From Gaiellaceae bacterium (GTDB lineage Bacteria > Actinomycetota > Thermoleophilia > Gaiellales > Gaiellaceae), in contig JBOHAM010000029.1 of assembly GCA_050697735.1 (NCBI GenBank), positions 8,131 through 72,130 on the forward strand: a stretch of DNA of 64,000 nucleotides, written 5' to 3'. The translations under genes were made by a program, and so were the position numbers. How positions within the stretch are numbered: the first letter of the stretch is position 1; each line of letters begins with the position of its first letter. This document shows positions 55,293 to 63,781 of the stretch, piece by piece. The notes beneath the pieces are model-generated. The model was not told where the DNA came from. It saw only the letters and a program-made list of their open reading frames with translations, and ran no database searches.

Positions 55293-58200
55293 CTAGTCCA
55301 CTCGAGAACCTGCGGGCTGGATCCCCACCTCGAGACGCTCGGGCTTCGGCCTCGGCGCGAGGCGCCCGCAGAGCGCCGGGACGGCCACGAGGGAGAAGAG
55401 CGTCGAGGTGACCAGACCGCCCAGGACGACCACTGCCAGCGGGTGCGCGATCTCCAGACCGGGGCGCTCCCCCAGCACCGCCAGTGGCAGGAACGCCAGG
55501 CCGACGGCGAGCGCGGCGGCCACCGTCGCGGGCAGCCGCTGCTCGGCGCCGACCGCGACGAGCTCGCGGTCGAGGGCCCTGCCCTCCTCACGCTCGAGGC
55601 GCTGGTAGCTAACGATGAGAAGCAGGCCGTGTCGAACCGTCAGCGCAAACACGGCGAAGAGCCCGGCGAGCGACCCGAGCGTGAGCGCGCCGCCGCTGGC
55701 GAAGAGCGCCAGGACGCCGCCGCTGAGCGCCAGGGGCGCGGTCAGGAGGAAGACGGCGGCCAGACGCCAGCTTCCGAACGCCGCCTGCAGGATCAGGAAG
55801 ATTCCCATCAGCACGGCCAGCCCGACCCCCACGACGCGCCGCGCCGCGGCCTGCCGCTCAGCGGTTTCCCCGAGCACCTCCGCGTGGTACTCGAGCGGGA
55901 ACTCGATCTCCTCGAGGCGGCGCTCGACGTCGGCGATCACCGCGTCCAGATCGCGCCCCCGGAGGTCGGCCAGCACGTCGAGGCGGCGGGAGGCGGCCTC
56001 CCGCTCGATCACGATCGGCTGCGGGGCGACACGCACCTCCGCCACGTCTCCCAGCCGGACGTGGCCGCCGCTCGGCGGCTCCACCAGGAGGTCGCGGATC
56101 GTCGTGAGGCTGGCCCGTTCGGCGGGCACCCCGATCACGACCACGTCGAAGACTTTCTGCTCCTCGAAGAGCGCGCCGACAACGATGCCCTGCACGAGCG
56201 TGGCCGCCGTCCGGCGCACGTCGCCGGGATTGACCCCGGCACGGCCCGCCGCCTCGAGATCGACCTCGATCTCGAGCGCCGGCTCCGCGGGCTGTTCCTC
56301 CACGCGCGGCTCGGCCACGCCCGCGACGCCCGCCAGCGCGTCCCGCACCTCCCCTGCCTTCTCGCGAAGAACGTCCAGCTCGTTGCCGTAGAGGCGCACG
56401 ACGAGCGGCTCGTCACGCCCCACGAGCGCGGCGAGACCGTCGTTGTCGGGGCTCACGTTCCCGTCGGCGACTGCACCGACAGCCCGGATCCGCTCGCTCG
56501 AGTAGGTGACCAGCTCCCGTGCCACGCCGGGGTAGCCGTCCACGATCTCGCGGATGGCGGCCACCGTCTCGTCGTGGTCTGCATCCGGATCGATGCTGAC
56601 CCAGAGCTCGCCCGCATTGATTCCCGAGACCTGATCCGACATCACGGCGCGCCCGACGTGGGCCCCGACGTTGCGAACGCCCGGGACCTCGCGGAGCTCG
56701 CGGCCGATTCTGGTGGTGATCCGAGCCATCTCCGGCCGCGAGGTTCCCGGGGGGCCGTCGACGTGGACGAGGAGCTCCGAATCCTTGAACGTGGGCACGA
56801 GCGCCCGGTCGAGGAGCGGCAGGGCACCGACCGCGAGGACGACGACGATCCCGGCTGCGATCGCCACCGGAACCGGCCTGCGGAAGACCCACGAGAGCGC
56901 GACCGCGTAGCCCCGCTTCAGCCAACGGATCGCCGGCGCGTCCGGGCGGTCGAGCGGCGCGTTTCGCAGGAGAACGAGGCTCAGGGCCGGCGCCACGGTG
57001 AGCGCGACGACCAGTGAGGCGAGAACCGCGAGGGCGAACGAGACGGCGAGCGGCTCGAAGAACGCGCCCGCAGCGCCCTCGAGAAAGAAGACCGGCACGA
57101 CCGCCAGGAGCACGATCGCGGTCGCGTACCCGAGCGGACTTCTCGCCTCGGCCGCCGCCTGGGCGACGACGTCCACGCCCGACTGCTCGCCGGGCTCGGG
57201 GCGACGCTCTCGCAGGCGACGCCACGTGTTCTCGGCGCCGGCGACAGCGTCGTCGACGATGACGACGACGGCGAGCACGAGGCCCGCGACCACGAGCGCG
57301 TTGATCGTCTCTCCGCGCAGCGTGAGCACGAGCGCAGCCGTGACGACGGCCAGCGGGATCGACACGAGGCCGACCACGACGATCCGCCACTCGAGGAAGA
57401 GCAGCGCCAGCGCTATAGCGAGGAGAACGGCGCCGACGAGCAGCGCCAGGGTGAGGTTGTCGATCGCCGCCTCGACGGAGTTCGCAGGCCGGAAGATCGT
57501 GGAGTCGACCTCGACGCCCGCCAGGCCGGGGCGCAGGGTTTCCAGCGCGTCCTCGACACCGCGGGTGACCTCCAGGGTGTTGGCGCCGGGGAACTTCTCG
57601 ACGACGAGCAGTAGCCCCTCGGAGTCGGCGACCGAGGCGTCCCCGATCAGTGGCTGGTGATCCTCGACGATCGTGGCCACGTCGCCGAGGCGGAGGCCGC
57701 CCGCCTCCTCGACGGGAACCTGGGCGAGCCCCTCGGGCCTCGCGATCGGGAGGATGTGCCGCACCTGCAGCCGCTGGTTGGGCGTGTCGACAAAACCGCC
57801 GGTCCCGGGCGTCGAGGCCTCCAGGAATGAGAGCGGCGAGACGAGCTGGGAGTTGCCGGCCGTCCTGACGACCTGCTGCAGGGAGACACCGTTCTGCCGC
57901 AGGCGCTCCGGGTCGACCTGCACCTGGAGCTGGTGCTCTCGCTGGCCCCAGATGGCCACGTTCGCGACCCCCGCGACGCCCAGCAGGCGGGGCCTGATCG
58001 TCCAGCGGGCGAGCAGCCCGAGGTCGATCAGCGAGAGCTCGTCGGAACGAACGCCGACCATCATCACCCGGCTCGACGACGAGAGCGGCTGCAGCATCGC
58101 GGGCGGCTGCGAGACGTTGGGAAGCGCGTGCGCCTGCGTCAGGCGCTCCTGCACGAGCTGCCGCGCGCCCAGCAGGTCGCCTCCCGGCTCGGTCACGAGG

Positions 58201-58481
58201 ACGATGGACGAGAGCCCCGCGACGGACTGGGAGCGGATCACGTCGATCCCCGCCACCCCGTTGAGGAGATCGCCTTCGAGCGGAACCGTGATCAGCTGCT
58301 CGACCTCGGCGGCCGACAGTCCCAGCGCTTCTGTCTGGATCTCGACGTACCCCGGGGTGAACTCGGGCAGGACGTCGACCGGCGCGTTGCGAAGCTGGGA
58401 AACCCCTACGACCATCGTGCCCGCGGCCGCAAGGAGCACCAGGAGTCGAAACTTCAGGCTCCAGCTGACGATCGACTGCAT
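55293..58481 (-). CDS. RND-superfamily efflux pump (CzcA/CusA-like), copy 1
   Basis: Start set at ATG 58481 (MQSIVSWSLKFRLLVLLAAAG...). 1062 aa. Long identical runs with copy 2, for example [36 protein letters not shown]. Confidence 0.9.
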   Translation of the reverse strand: MQSIVSWSLKFRLLVLLAAAGTMVVGVSQLRNAPVDVLPEFTPGYVEIQTEALGLSAAEVEQLITVPLEGDLLNGVAGIDVIRSQSVAGLSSIVLVTEPGGDLLGARQLVQERLTQAHALPNVSQPPAMLQPLSSSSRVMMVGVRSDELSLIDLGLLARWTIRPRLLGVAGVANVAIWGQREHQLQVQVDPERLRQNGVSLQQVVRTAGNSQLVSPLSFLEASTPGTGGFVDTPNQRLQVRHILPIARPEGLAQVPVEEAGGLRLGDVATIVEDHQPLIGDASVADSEGLLLVVEKFPGANTLEVTRGVEDALETLRPGLAGVEVDSTIFRPANSVEAAIDNLTLALLVGAVLLAIALALLFLEWRIVVVGLVSIPLAVVTAALVLTLRGETINALVVAGLVLAVVVIVDDAVAGAENTWRRLRERRPEPGEQSGVDVVAQAAAEARSPLGYATAIVLLAVVPVFFLEGAAGAFFEPLAVSFALAVLASLVVALTVAPALSLVLLRNAPLDRPDAPAIRWLKRGYAVALSWVFRRPVPVAIAAGIVVVLAVGALPLLDRALVPTFKDSELLVHVDGPPGTSRPEMARITTRIGRELREVPGVRNVGAHVGRAVMSDQVSGINAGELWVSIDPDADHDETVAAIREIVDGYPGVARELVTYSSERIRAVGAVADGNVSPDNDGLAALVGRDEPLVVRLYGNELDVLREKAGEVRDALAGVAGVAEPRVEEQPAEPALEIEVDLEAAGRAGVNPGDVRRTAATLVQGIVVGALFEEQKVFDVVVIGVPAERASLTTIRDLLVEPPSGGHVRLGDVAEVRVAPQPIVIEREAASRRLDVLADLRGRDLDAVIADVERRLEEIEFPLEYHAEVLGETAERQAAARRVVGVGLAVLMGIFLILQAAFGSWRLAAVFLLTAPLALSGGVLALFASGGALTLGSLAGLFAVFALTVRHGLLLIVSYQRLEREEGRALDRELVAVGAEQRLPATVAAALAVGLAFLPLAVLGERPGLEIAHPLAVVVLGGLVTSTLFSLVAVPALCGRLAPRPKPERLEVGIQPAGSRVD

Positions 58482-58643
58482 CACGTACGCCCCCGCACGC
58501 ACTGCATCGCCCCCTGCAGTACGGTCGCCCCGCCGAGCCGGTTTCGCCCGCATCTTCCTAACGGCAGCAGTCACGCGCTATGCTCCGGGCCGCGCATCGG
58601 CCGCTTCCGGCCGGGCGAACGGGAACAACGGGGAGGTTCTGCA

Positions 58644-60239
58644 ATGAGTGGATTCGCGCTACGGCGCAGGGGCGCCGTGGGCCTGGTGATCGCAGCGGTC
58701 GTCGCGATCGCGATGATCGCGCCAGGCGAAGCGTCAGCGGCGAAACGCGGCAAGAAGGCCTGCAAGAACCGGGTGAACGACACGTACCAGGAGGTGCTCG
58801 ACTGCGTCCGGGTCAACCAGGTGCGTGTGCACCAGGCGTCGTTCCAGCGGCTCGCCGACAAGTTCGGCGACGGGACACGAGCGGCCGGGACGGGCGGCTA
58901 CACGGCGAGCGTCAACTACGTCGTCTCCCATCTCCGGAGGGCGGGCTGGAACGTGGAGCTCCACGAGTTCCCGTACACCTTCATCCCGCCGCCCACGCTC
59001 CAGCAGTTGACCCCGGTGAACGCCGAGTACGAGACGGGCGTGTTCTCGGGCTCGGGCACCGGGACGGTGACGGGCAACGTCATCCCGGTCGACATCAACC
59101 TCGTACCTCCGCGGGCATCGACCAGCGGGTGCGAGGCCACTGACTTCACCGGCCTCGACTTCAGCGGCCCGAGCGACATCGCGCTGATCCAGCGCGGGAG
59201 CTGCGACTTCGGCGTCAAGGCTCAGAACGCTCAGGACGCCGGCGCAGAAGCCGTGATCATCTTCAACCAGGGGAACGACCCGACGCGTGAGGGCGTGATC
59301 GTCGGCACGCTGCTTCCCACCGGCGCCGGCGTCACGATCCCGGTCGTGGGTGCGTCGTTCGCCGACGGGGCCGCGCTCGCGCAGCCGGGCTCGACGGCGC
59401 TCGTCGACGTCGACCCGGCCGAGGACCGGCCGCAGGTCAACGTGATCGCGGAGCTACCCGGCGAGAACGACGACAACGTCGTCATGGCCGGCGCCCATCT
59501 GGACTCGGTCCAGGCAGGCCCGGGCATCAACGACAACGGCAGCGGCTCGGCGGCGCTCCTGGAGACCGCCGAGGTGCTGGGCAAGCTGAAGCCGCAGAAC
59601 ACGCTGCGGTTCGCCTGGTGGGGCGCCGAGGAGGACGGCCTGATCGGCTCGACCGAGTACGTCGAGGGCCTGAGCCCCGAGGAGCTCGATCGGATCGCTC
59701 TCTACCTGAACTACGACATGGTCGGCTCGCCGAACTACATCTTCATGCTGTACGACGGTGACGAGTCGGGGTTCCCGGCGCCGGTCACGGTGCCGCCGGG
59801 CTCGATCGAGATCGAGGACCTGTTCGAGTCCTTCTTCACCTGGTCGGACGAGCCCTATGACGACGCCGAGTTCAGCGGTCGGAGCGACTACCAGGCGTTC
59901 ATCAACAACGGAATCCCCGCCGGCGGGCTCTTCACCGGCGCCGAGGTTCCGAAGACCGCCGAGCAGGCGGCGATCTGGGGCGGCACGGTCGGTGCGCAGT
60001 ACGACCCGTGCTACCACCTCGCCTGCGACACGTTCGGCAACGTCAACCTGCACGCGCTCGACGTCAACTCCGACGCGGTCGCCTTCGCAGCGCTGACGTA
60101 CGCGTACTCGACGGAGACGGTCAACGGCGTTCCGGGCACGAGCGTGCCCGACGCGTTCCCGCTGCCGCCTCCGGCCGGGCCCGAAGGCACTGTCGGCAGC
60201 GGCGGCGGTAGCGCCGGCCCGCCCGACGACGGGGGCTAG
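58644..60239 (+). CDS. Secreted M28-family aminopeptidase with PA domain
   Basis: Start ATG 58644 after GGGGAGG. Signal peptide. PA domain IALIQRGSCDFGVKAQNAQDAGAEAVIIFN. M28 motifs AGAHLDSV, NDNGSGSAALLE, WWGAEEDGLIGS. Confidence 0.85.
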   Translation: MSGFALRRRGAVGLVIAAVVAIAMIAPGEASAAKRGKKACKNRVNDTYQEVLDCVRVNQVRVHQASFQRLADKFGDGTRAAGTGGYTASVNYVVSHLRRAGWNVELHEFPYTFIPPPTLQQLTPVNAEYETGVFSGSGTGTVTGNVIPVDINLVPPRASTSGCEATDFTGLDFSGPSDIALIQRGSCDFGVKAQNAQDAGAEAVIIFNQGNDPTREGVIVGTLLPTGAGVTIPVVGASFADGAALAQPGSTALVDVDPAEDRPQVNVIAELPGENDDNVVMAGAHLDSVQAGPGINDNGSGSAALLETAEVLGKLKPQNTLRFAWWGAEEDGLIGSTEYVEGLSPEELDRIALYLNYDMVGSPNYIFMLYDGDESGFPAPVTVPPGSIEIEDLFESFFTWSDEPYDDAEFSGRSDYQAFINNGIPAGGLFTGAEVPKTAEQAAIWGGTVGAQYDPCYHLACDTFGNVNLHALDVNSDAVAFAALTYAYSTETVNGVPGTSVPDAFPLPPPAGPEGTVGSGGGSAGPPDDGG

Positions 60240-60262
60240 GCAAGCAGTCCGAAAGCGAGATT

Positions 60263-60285
60263 GGGGGCGGCCATCGGCCGCCCCC
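60263..60285. terminator. Bidirectional hairpin between convergent genes
   Basis: Perfect 10-bp stem gggggcggcc-atc-ggccgccccc, located between the stops at 60239 (+) and 60288 (-). Confidence 0.6.
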
Positions 60286-60287
60286 TC

Positions 60288-60515
60288 TCATTTCCCGGGC
60301 TCGGTCTCGTCGCCCGAGACGAGGGCGAGCAGGCTCTCGTGCTCCTCGCCGCAGGCGGGGCAGCCTTCGAGGTGGGCGCGCATGCCGGGAACGGCGGCGT
60401 CCGCGTCGGCTGCGGAGACCTCGAGCTCGACGTAGCGGTCGAGCTCCGCGAAGCACTCGTCGCAGGTGAGCTCCGGGCCGCTCGCCCCCAGGAGGCGGCG
60501 GAGCCTCTCATCCAT
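60288..60515 (-). CDS. Small cytoplasmic zinc-binding anti-sigma factor (ZAS, RsrA-like)
   Basis: Start ATG 60515, overlapping the sigma gene end by 8 nt. 75 aa: MDERLRRLLGASGPELTCDECFAELDRYVELEV...MRAHLEGCPACGEEHESL. HxxxCxxC motif plus an upstream CxxC. No TM segment. Confidence 0.7.
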   Translation of the reverse strand: MDERLRRLLGASGPELTCDECFAELDRYVELEVSAADADAAVPGMRAHLEGCPACGEEHESLLALVSGDETEPGK

Positions 60516-61191
60516 GTCCGTTCCCCCCTTCCGCGGAGTCGAGCCCGAGCCCCTGGGCGGCCAGGTGGGCGCGCAGCTTCCGCCGCGCGTCGTGCAGGGT
60601 CTTGTAGAGGGCACCGCGGGTCGAGCCCAGCCGGTCGGCGAGAACGTCGATGGGGACGCCGTTCAGCGCGACGGCGACGAGCACGCGGCGCTGGTGCGGC
60701 GTGAGGGCGGTCTCGGTCGCCTCGCGGACGGCGCGCAGGAGCTCGGCCTGCTCGGCATCGTCCTCGGGCGAGGGGCCCCGATCGGCGAAAAGCGACCAGC
60801 TCTCGGGCTCGAGCGGGATCTCGCGGCCCTGCCAGGAGCGCTTGCGGAGCTTCACAGCAGCCTCGAGGAGCGCGAACTTGTACGCCCAGGTGGAGAAGCG
60901 GGAGAGGCCTCGGAAGTCCTCCAGGCGGGCGAGCACGGAGACGAGCGCGTCGTCGGCCGCCTCGAGTGCGATGTCGTCGAGCTCGTTCCCGCGCAGGAAC
61001 GGGAGGGTCGGACGGCGGCGGGCGACCTCGAAGCGGGCGCCCCGGAGCAGGAGCGCGTGCAGGCGCCCGATCGCCTCGTCGCGCGACGCGCCCTGCTCGC
61101 GGAGAGCGTCGATCCAGGCGCGCGACTCGAGGTCCAGGGACGCTGCCGGTGGCACGGGCCGGACGCTAGCAGCGGTCGCCGCCTTCAACAC
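60508..61191 (-). CDS. ECF-type sigma-70 factor
   Basis: Region 2: DDALVSVLARLEDFRGLSRFSTWAYKFAL. Region 4: LTPHQRRVLVAVALNGVPIDVLADRLGSTRGALYKTLHDARRKL. Start uncertain (TTG 61191 or GTG 61158). Confidence 0.85.
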   Translation of the reverse strand: MLKAATAASVRPVPPAASLDLESRAWIDALREQGASRDEAIGRLHALLLRGARFEVARRRPTLPFLRGNELDDIALEAADDALVSVLARLEDFRGLSRFSTWAYKFALLEAAVKLRKRSWQGREIPLEPESWSLFADRGPSPEDDAEQAELLRAVREATETALTPHQRRVLVAVALNGVPIDVLADRLGSTRGALYKTLHDARRKLRAHLAAQGLGLDSAEGGNGHG

Positions 61192-61409
61192 GGGCGGCCC
61201 TCCTCCTCGAGCGGGGCGAGGATGCGGGCGGCCAGGTCGGGCGGGCAGCCGCGCTCGACGAGCTCCACGACCGCGTGGAGGTCCATGCGGCAGTCGCGGG
61301 CCAGCGCGGCGGCGAGCCGCCGGTCGAAGCCGGCGTCGGTGAGCTGCCGACGCCGCCAGGCCACCACCTCGCGCGCCGCAGGCTCACTTGGGCGGGTGCT
61401 CGTGCTCAC
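61185..61409 (-). CDS. Small protein with the GCPPD motif (paralog of 51392..51607), first gene of the sigma/anti-sigma operon
   Basis: 74 aa: ...VVAWRRRQLTDAGFDRRLAAALARDCRMDLHAVVELVERGCPPDLAARILAPL. Its stop overlaps the TTG start codon of the track ORF for the sigma gene by 7 nt. Confidence 0.55.
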   Translation of the reverse strand: MSTSTRPSEPAAREVVAWRRRQLTDAGFDRRLAAALARDCRMDLHAVVELVERGCPPDLAARILAPLEEEGRPC

Positions 61410-61444
61410 ACCATGTTCGTGTCGGCGCAGCGGTCGGTCTTACG

Positions 61445-62131
61445 TCACGCGGCCAGCCGGCGAGCGGCGGGACGCCTGCCTTCGACCACGCGGTCACGTC
61501 CGCCCCCGTCCGGCGTCGCGAGGACGCCCTCGTAGCCGAGCGAGCGCAGCTCGCCGGTAAGCGCGCCGGCCTGGCCGCGGCCGCACTCGAGCACCAGCAG
61601 GCCGTCCGGGGCGAGCGCCTCGCGGGCCTGGGCGGCGATGGCCGGGCCGATCCGGTCGCCGACGAGGGCCGTGCGCGGCTCGTGCAGCCGGGCTTCGGGC
61701 TCGAGCAGATCGAGCGCCTCGGCCGGCAGGTAGGGCGGGTTCGAGACGACGAGGTCGAACGGGCCGGCGAGCCCCGAGAGCACATCGCTCTGGAGGAACC
61801 GGACCTGGCCCGCGAGGCCCGTCCGGACCGCGTTCTCGCACGCGAGGGCGAGCGCTGCCGCCGAGACGTCGACGGCTGTCACGCGCGCCCCGCGATGCTC
61901 GTCCGCGATCGCGAGCGCGATCGCACCCGAGCCCGTGCCCACGTCGAGGACCCGCGGTTCCGGGATGCCGCGCAGGAGGCTCAGACAGCGCTCGACGACG
62001 ACCTCCGTCCCCGGCCGCGGAATGAACGCCCGGCGGTCGGCCGCGAGCACGAGCCCGCGAAAGCGCACCTCTCCGAGGAGGTACGCGAGCGGCTCGGGCA
62101 CGTCGCCCCGCTGCAAAGGCTCCTTCGCCAT
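61445..62131 (-). CDS. HemK/PrmC-family N5-glutamine methyltransferase-like protein, short N-terminus
   Basis: SAM motif VLDVGTGSGAIALA and catalytic VVSNPPYLP. Only 228 aa. The usual N-terminal helical domain is largely absent. Confidence 0.78.
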   Translation of the reverse strand: MAKEPLQRGDVPEPLAYLLGEVRFRGLVLAADRRAFIPRPGTEVVVERCLSLLRGIPEPRVLDVGTGSGAIALAIADEHRGARVTAVDVSAAALALACENAVRTGLAGQVRFLQSDVLSGLAGPFDLVVSNPPYLPAEALDLLEPEARLHEPRTALVGDRIGPAIAAQAREALAPDGLLVLECGRGQAGALTGELRSLGYEGVLATPDGGGRDRVVEGRRPAARRLAA

Positions 62132-62230
62132 CGAGCCCTTCGTGTCGTGCCCGGCGCAAGGTCTTACGTAAGAGCGGCGCGGCGGAGGACACCAACCCTT
62201 CGTGTTGCAACCGACCGGAAGGAGCCTCCC

Positions 62231-62917
62231 GTGACCTCCTCGACCCGCACGTCGCCACCCCTCGCGCTGCTGGGGCTGCTGGCCCTGCTAGGCGCCCTGC
62301 TCGCCCTCGCCGTGGCCGGCGCATCCACGGCCCAGGCCAACCGGAGTGCGGAGAAGCCCCGCAAGGCCGTCTCGGCAAGCGAGCTCGCTTTCCGCAACGA
62401 CATGCGCAAGCTCTGGGAGGACCACATCATCTGGACCCGCCAGGTGATCGTGAGCTTCGCCGCCGGTCTCCCCGACCTCGACCCCGCCCTCCAGCGGCTG
62501 CTCGGGAACCAGGCCGACATCGGCGACGCGGTCAAGCCCTTCTACGGCGAGGCGGCCGGCGACCAGCTGACCGCCCTCTTGCGCGAGCACATCCTCATCG
62601 CCGCCGACGTGCTCGCCGCGGCGAAGGCCGGCGACGGGCCCGCGCTCGCCGCCGCGCAGGAGCGCTGGTACGCGAACGGGAACGACATCGCCGCGTTCCT
62701 CTCCGCCGCCAACCCGAAGAACTGGCCGCTCGGCGAGCTACAGGCGATGCTCCGCGCGCACATCGACCTCACCACCGCCGAGGCAGTTGCCCGCCTCACC
62801 GGCGACTGGGAGGCCGACATCGCCGCCTTCGACGAGATCCACCTGCAGGCGCTCGAGATGGCGGACGTCCTGAGCACGGGCATCGTGCGCCAGTTCCCCA
62901 AGCGGTTCAGGCGGTAA
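62231..62917 (+). CDS. Exported/anchored helical protein with repeated His-helix motif, unknown function
   Basis: GTG 62231 after GGAAGGAG. Signal/TM PLALLGLLALLGALLALAVAGASTAQA. Then LWEDHIIWTRQVIVSFAAGLPD, LREHILIAADVLAAAKAGDG and LRAHIDLTTAEAVARLTGDW. The upstream part of track ORF 61388.. is rejected. Confidence 0.65.
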   Translation: MTSSTRTSPPLALLGLLALLGALLALAVAGASTAQANRSAEKPRKAVSASELAFRNDMRKLWEDHIIWTRQVIVSFAAGLPDLDPALQRLLGNQADIGDAVKPFYGEAAGDQLTALLREHILIAADVLAAAKAGDGPALAAAQERWYANGNDIAAFLSAANPKNWPLGELQAMLRAHIDLTTAEAVARLTGDWEADIAAFDEIHLQALEMADVLSTGIVRQFPKRFRR

Positions 62918-62986
62918 GACGCGCCCGCGCGACGACACCAAGAGAAGAAGACACGTTCTTTCGACAGCAAGCCAGGAGGTGCCGAC

Positions 62987-63436
62987 ATGACGATGGACTC
63001 GGAGAGGGGGCGGCTGGGCGACGCCGCCTACCAGGCCTACCTGCTCCTCCGCGTGGGCTTCACCGTCGCCCCGATCCTCTTCGGACTGGACAAGTTCTTC
63101 AACTGGACGGTCGACTGGCCGGACTACCTGGCCGGCTGGGTCAACGACATCGCTCCCGGCAGCGGCCAGGACTTCATGTACTTCGTCGGAGTCGTGGAGA
63201 TCGCGGCGGGGATCCTCGTCGCGGTGGCGCCCCGAATCGGGGCCTACGTGGTCGCTGCGTGGCTGGGGGGCATCATCGTCAACCTGCTCACCGTCGACCC
63301 GCCCACCTACTACGACATCGCACTCCGGGACTTCGGCCTGCTGCTGGCGGCGCTCACGCTCGGCCGGCTCGCGCAGGCGTTCCACACCGCGCCCGCCGCC
63401 TCCCCGGCGCGCCAGGAGCTCCAACACGCCGCCTGA
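62987..63436 (+). CDS. DoxX-like small membrane protein
   Basis: 149 aa, 3-4 TMS. YLLLRVGFTVAPILFGLDKFFN... and VGVVEIAAGILVAV are reminiscent of DoxX-type proteins. Confidence 0.55.
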   Translation: MTMDSERGRLGDAAYQAYLLLRVGFTVAPILFGLDKFFNWTVDWPDYLAGWVNDIAPGSGQDFMYFVGVVEIAAGILVAVAPRIGAYVVAAWLGGIIVNLLTVDPPTYYDIALRDFGLLLAALTLGRLAQAFHTAPAASPARQELQHAA

Positions 63437-63453
63437 GCGGGCTCCGGCCCCGG

Positions 63454-63486
63454 CCGGGACGGGTCACCCTAGTCGGCCCGTCCCGG
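63454..63486 (+). terminator. Possible terminator hairpin after the DoxX-like gene
   Basis: 10-bp stem ccgggacggg / cccgtcccgg with a 13-nt loop, 18 nt after the stop. The long loop lowers confidence. Confidence 0.4.
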
Positions 63487-63511
63487 TCGCCGGCGCCGGT
63501 AGGCTCAAGGC

Positions 63512-63781
63512 ATGTGCCGAAACATCCACACGCTCTACAACTTCGAGCCCGAGGTGTCCGAGGAGGACGTTCGTGCCGCCGCCCTCCAGTACGTGCGCAA
63601 GATCAGCGGCTTCACGAAGCCCTCTCGCGCCAACGAGGAGGCGTTCGCACGGGCGGTCGACGCCGTTGCCGACGCCTCGGCGCGCCTGCTCGGCGAGCTC
63701 GTGACGTCGGCGCCGCCCCGAGACCGCGAGGTCGAGGTGGCGAAGAAGCGCGCCCGCTGGCTCGAGCGCCAGGCCGTCTAG
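63512..63781 (+). CDS. DUF2277-like small protein
   Basis: MCRNIHTLYNFEPEVSEEDVRAAALQYVRKISGFTKPSRANEEAFARAV matches my memory of the conserved DUF2277 N-terminus (MCRNI..L.NFEP). Confidence 0.75.
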   Translation: MCRNIHTLYNFEPEVSEEDVRAAALQYVRKISGFTKPSRANEEAFARAVDAVADASARLLGELVTSAPPRDREVEVAKKRARWLERQAV

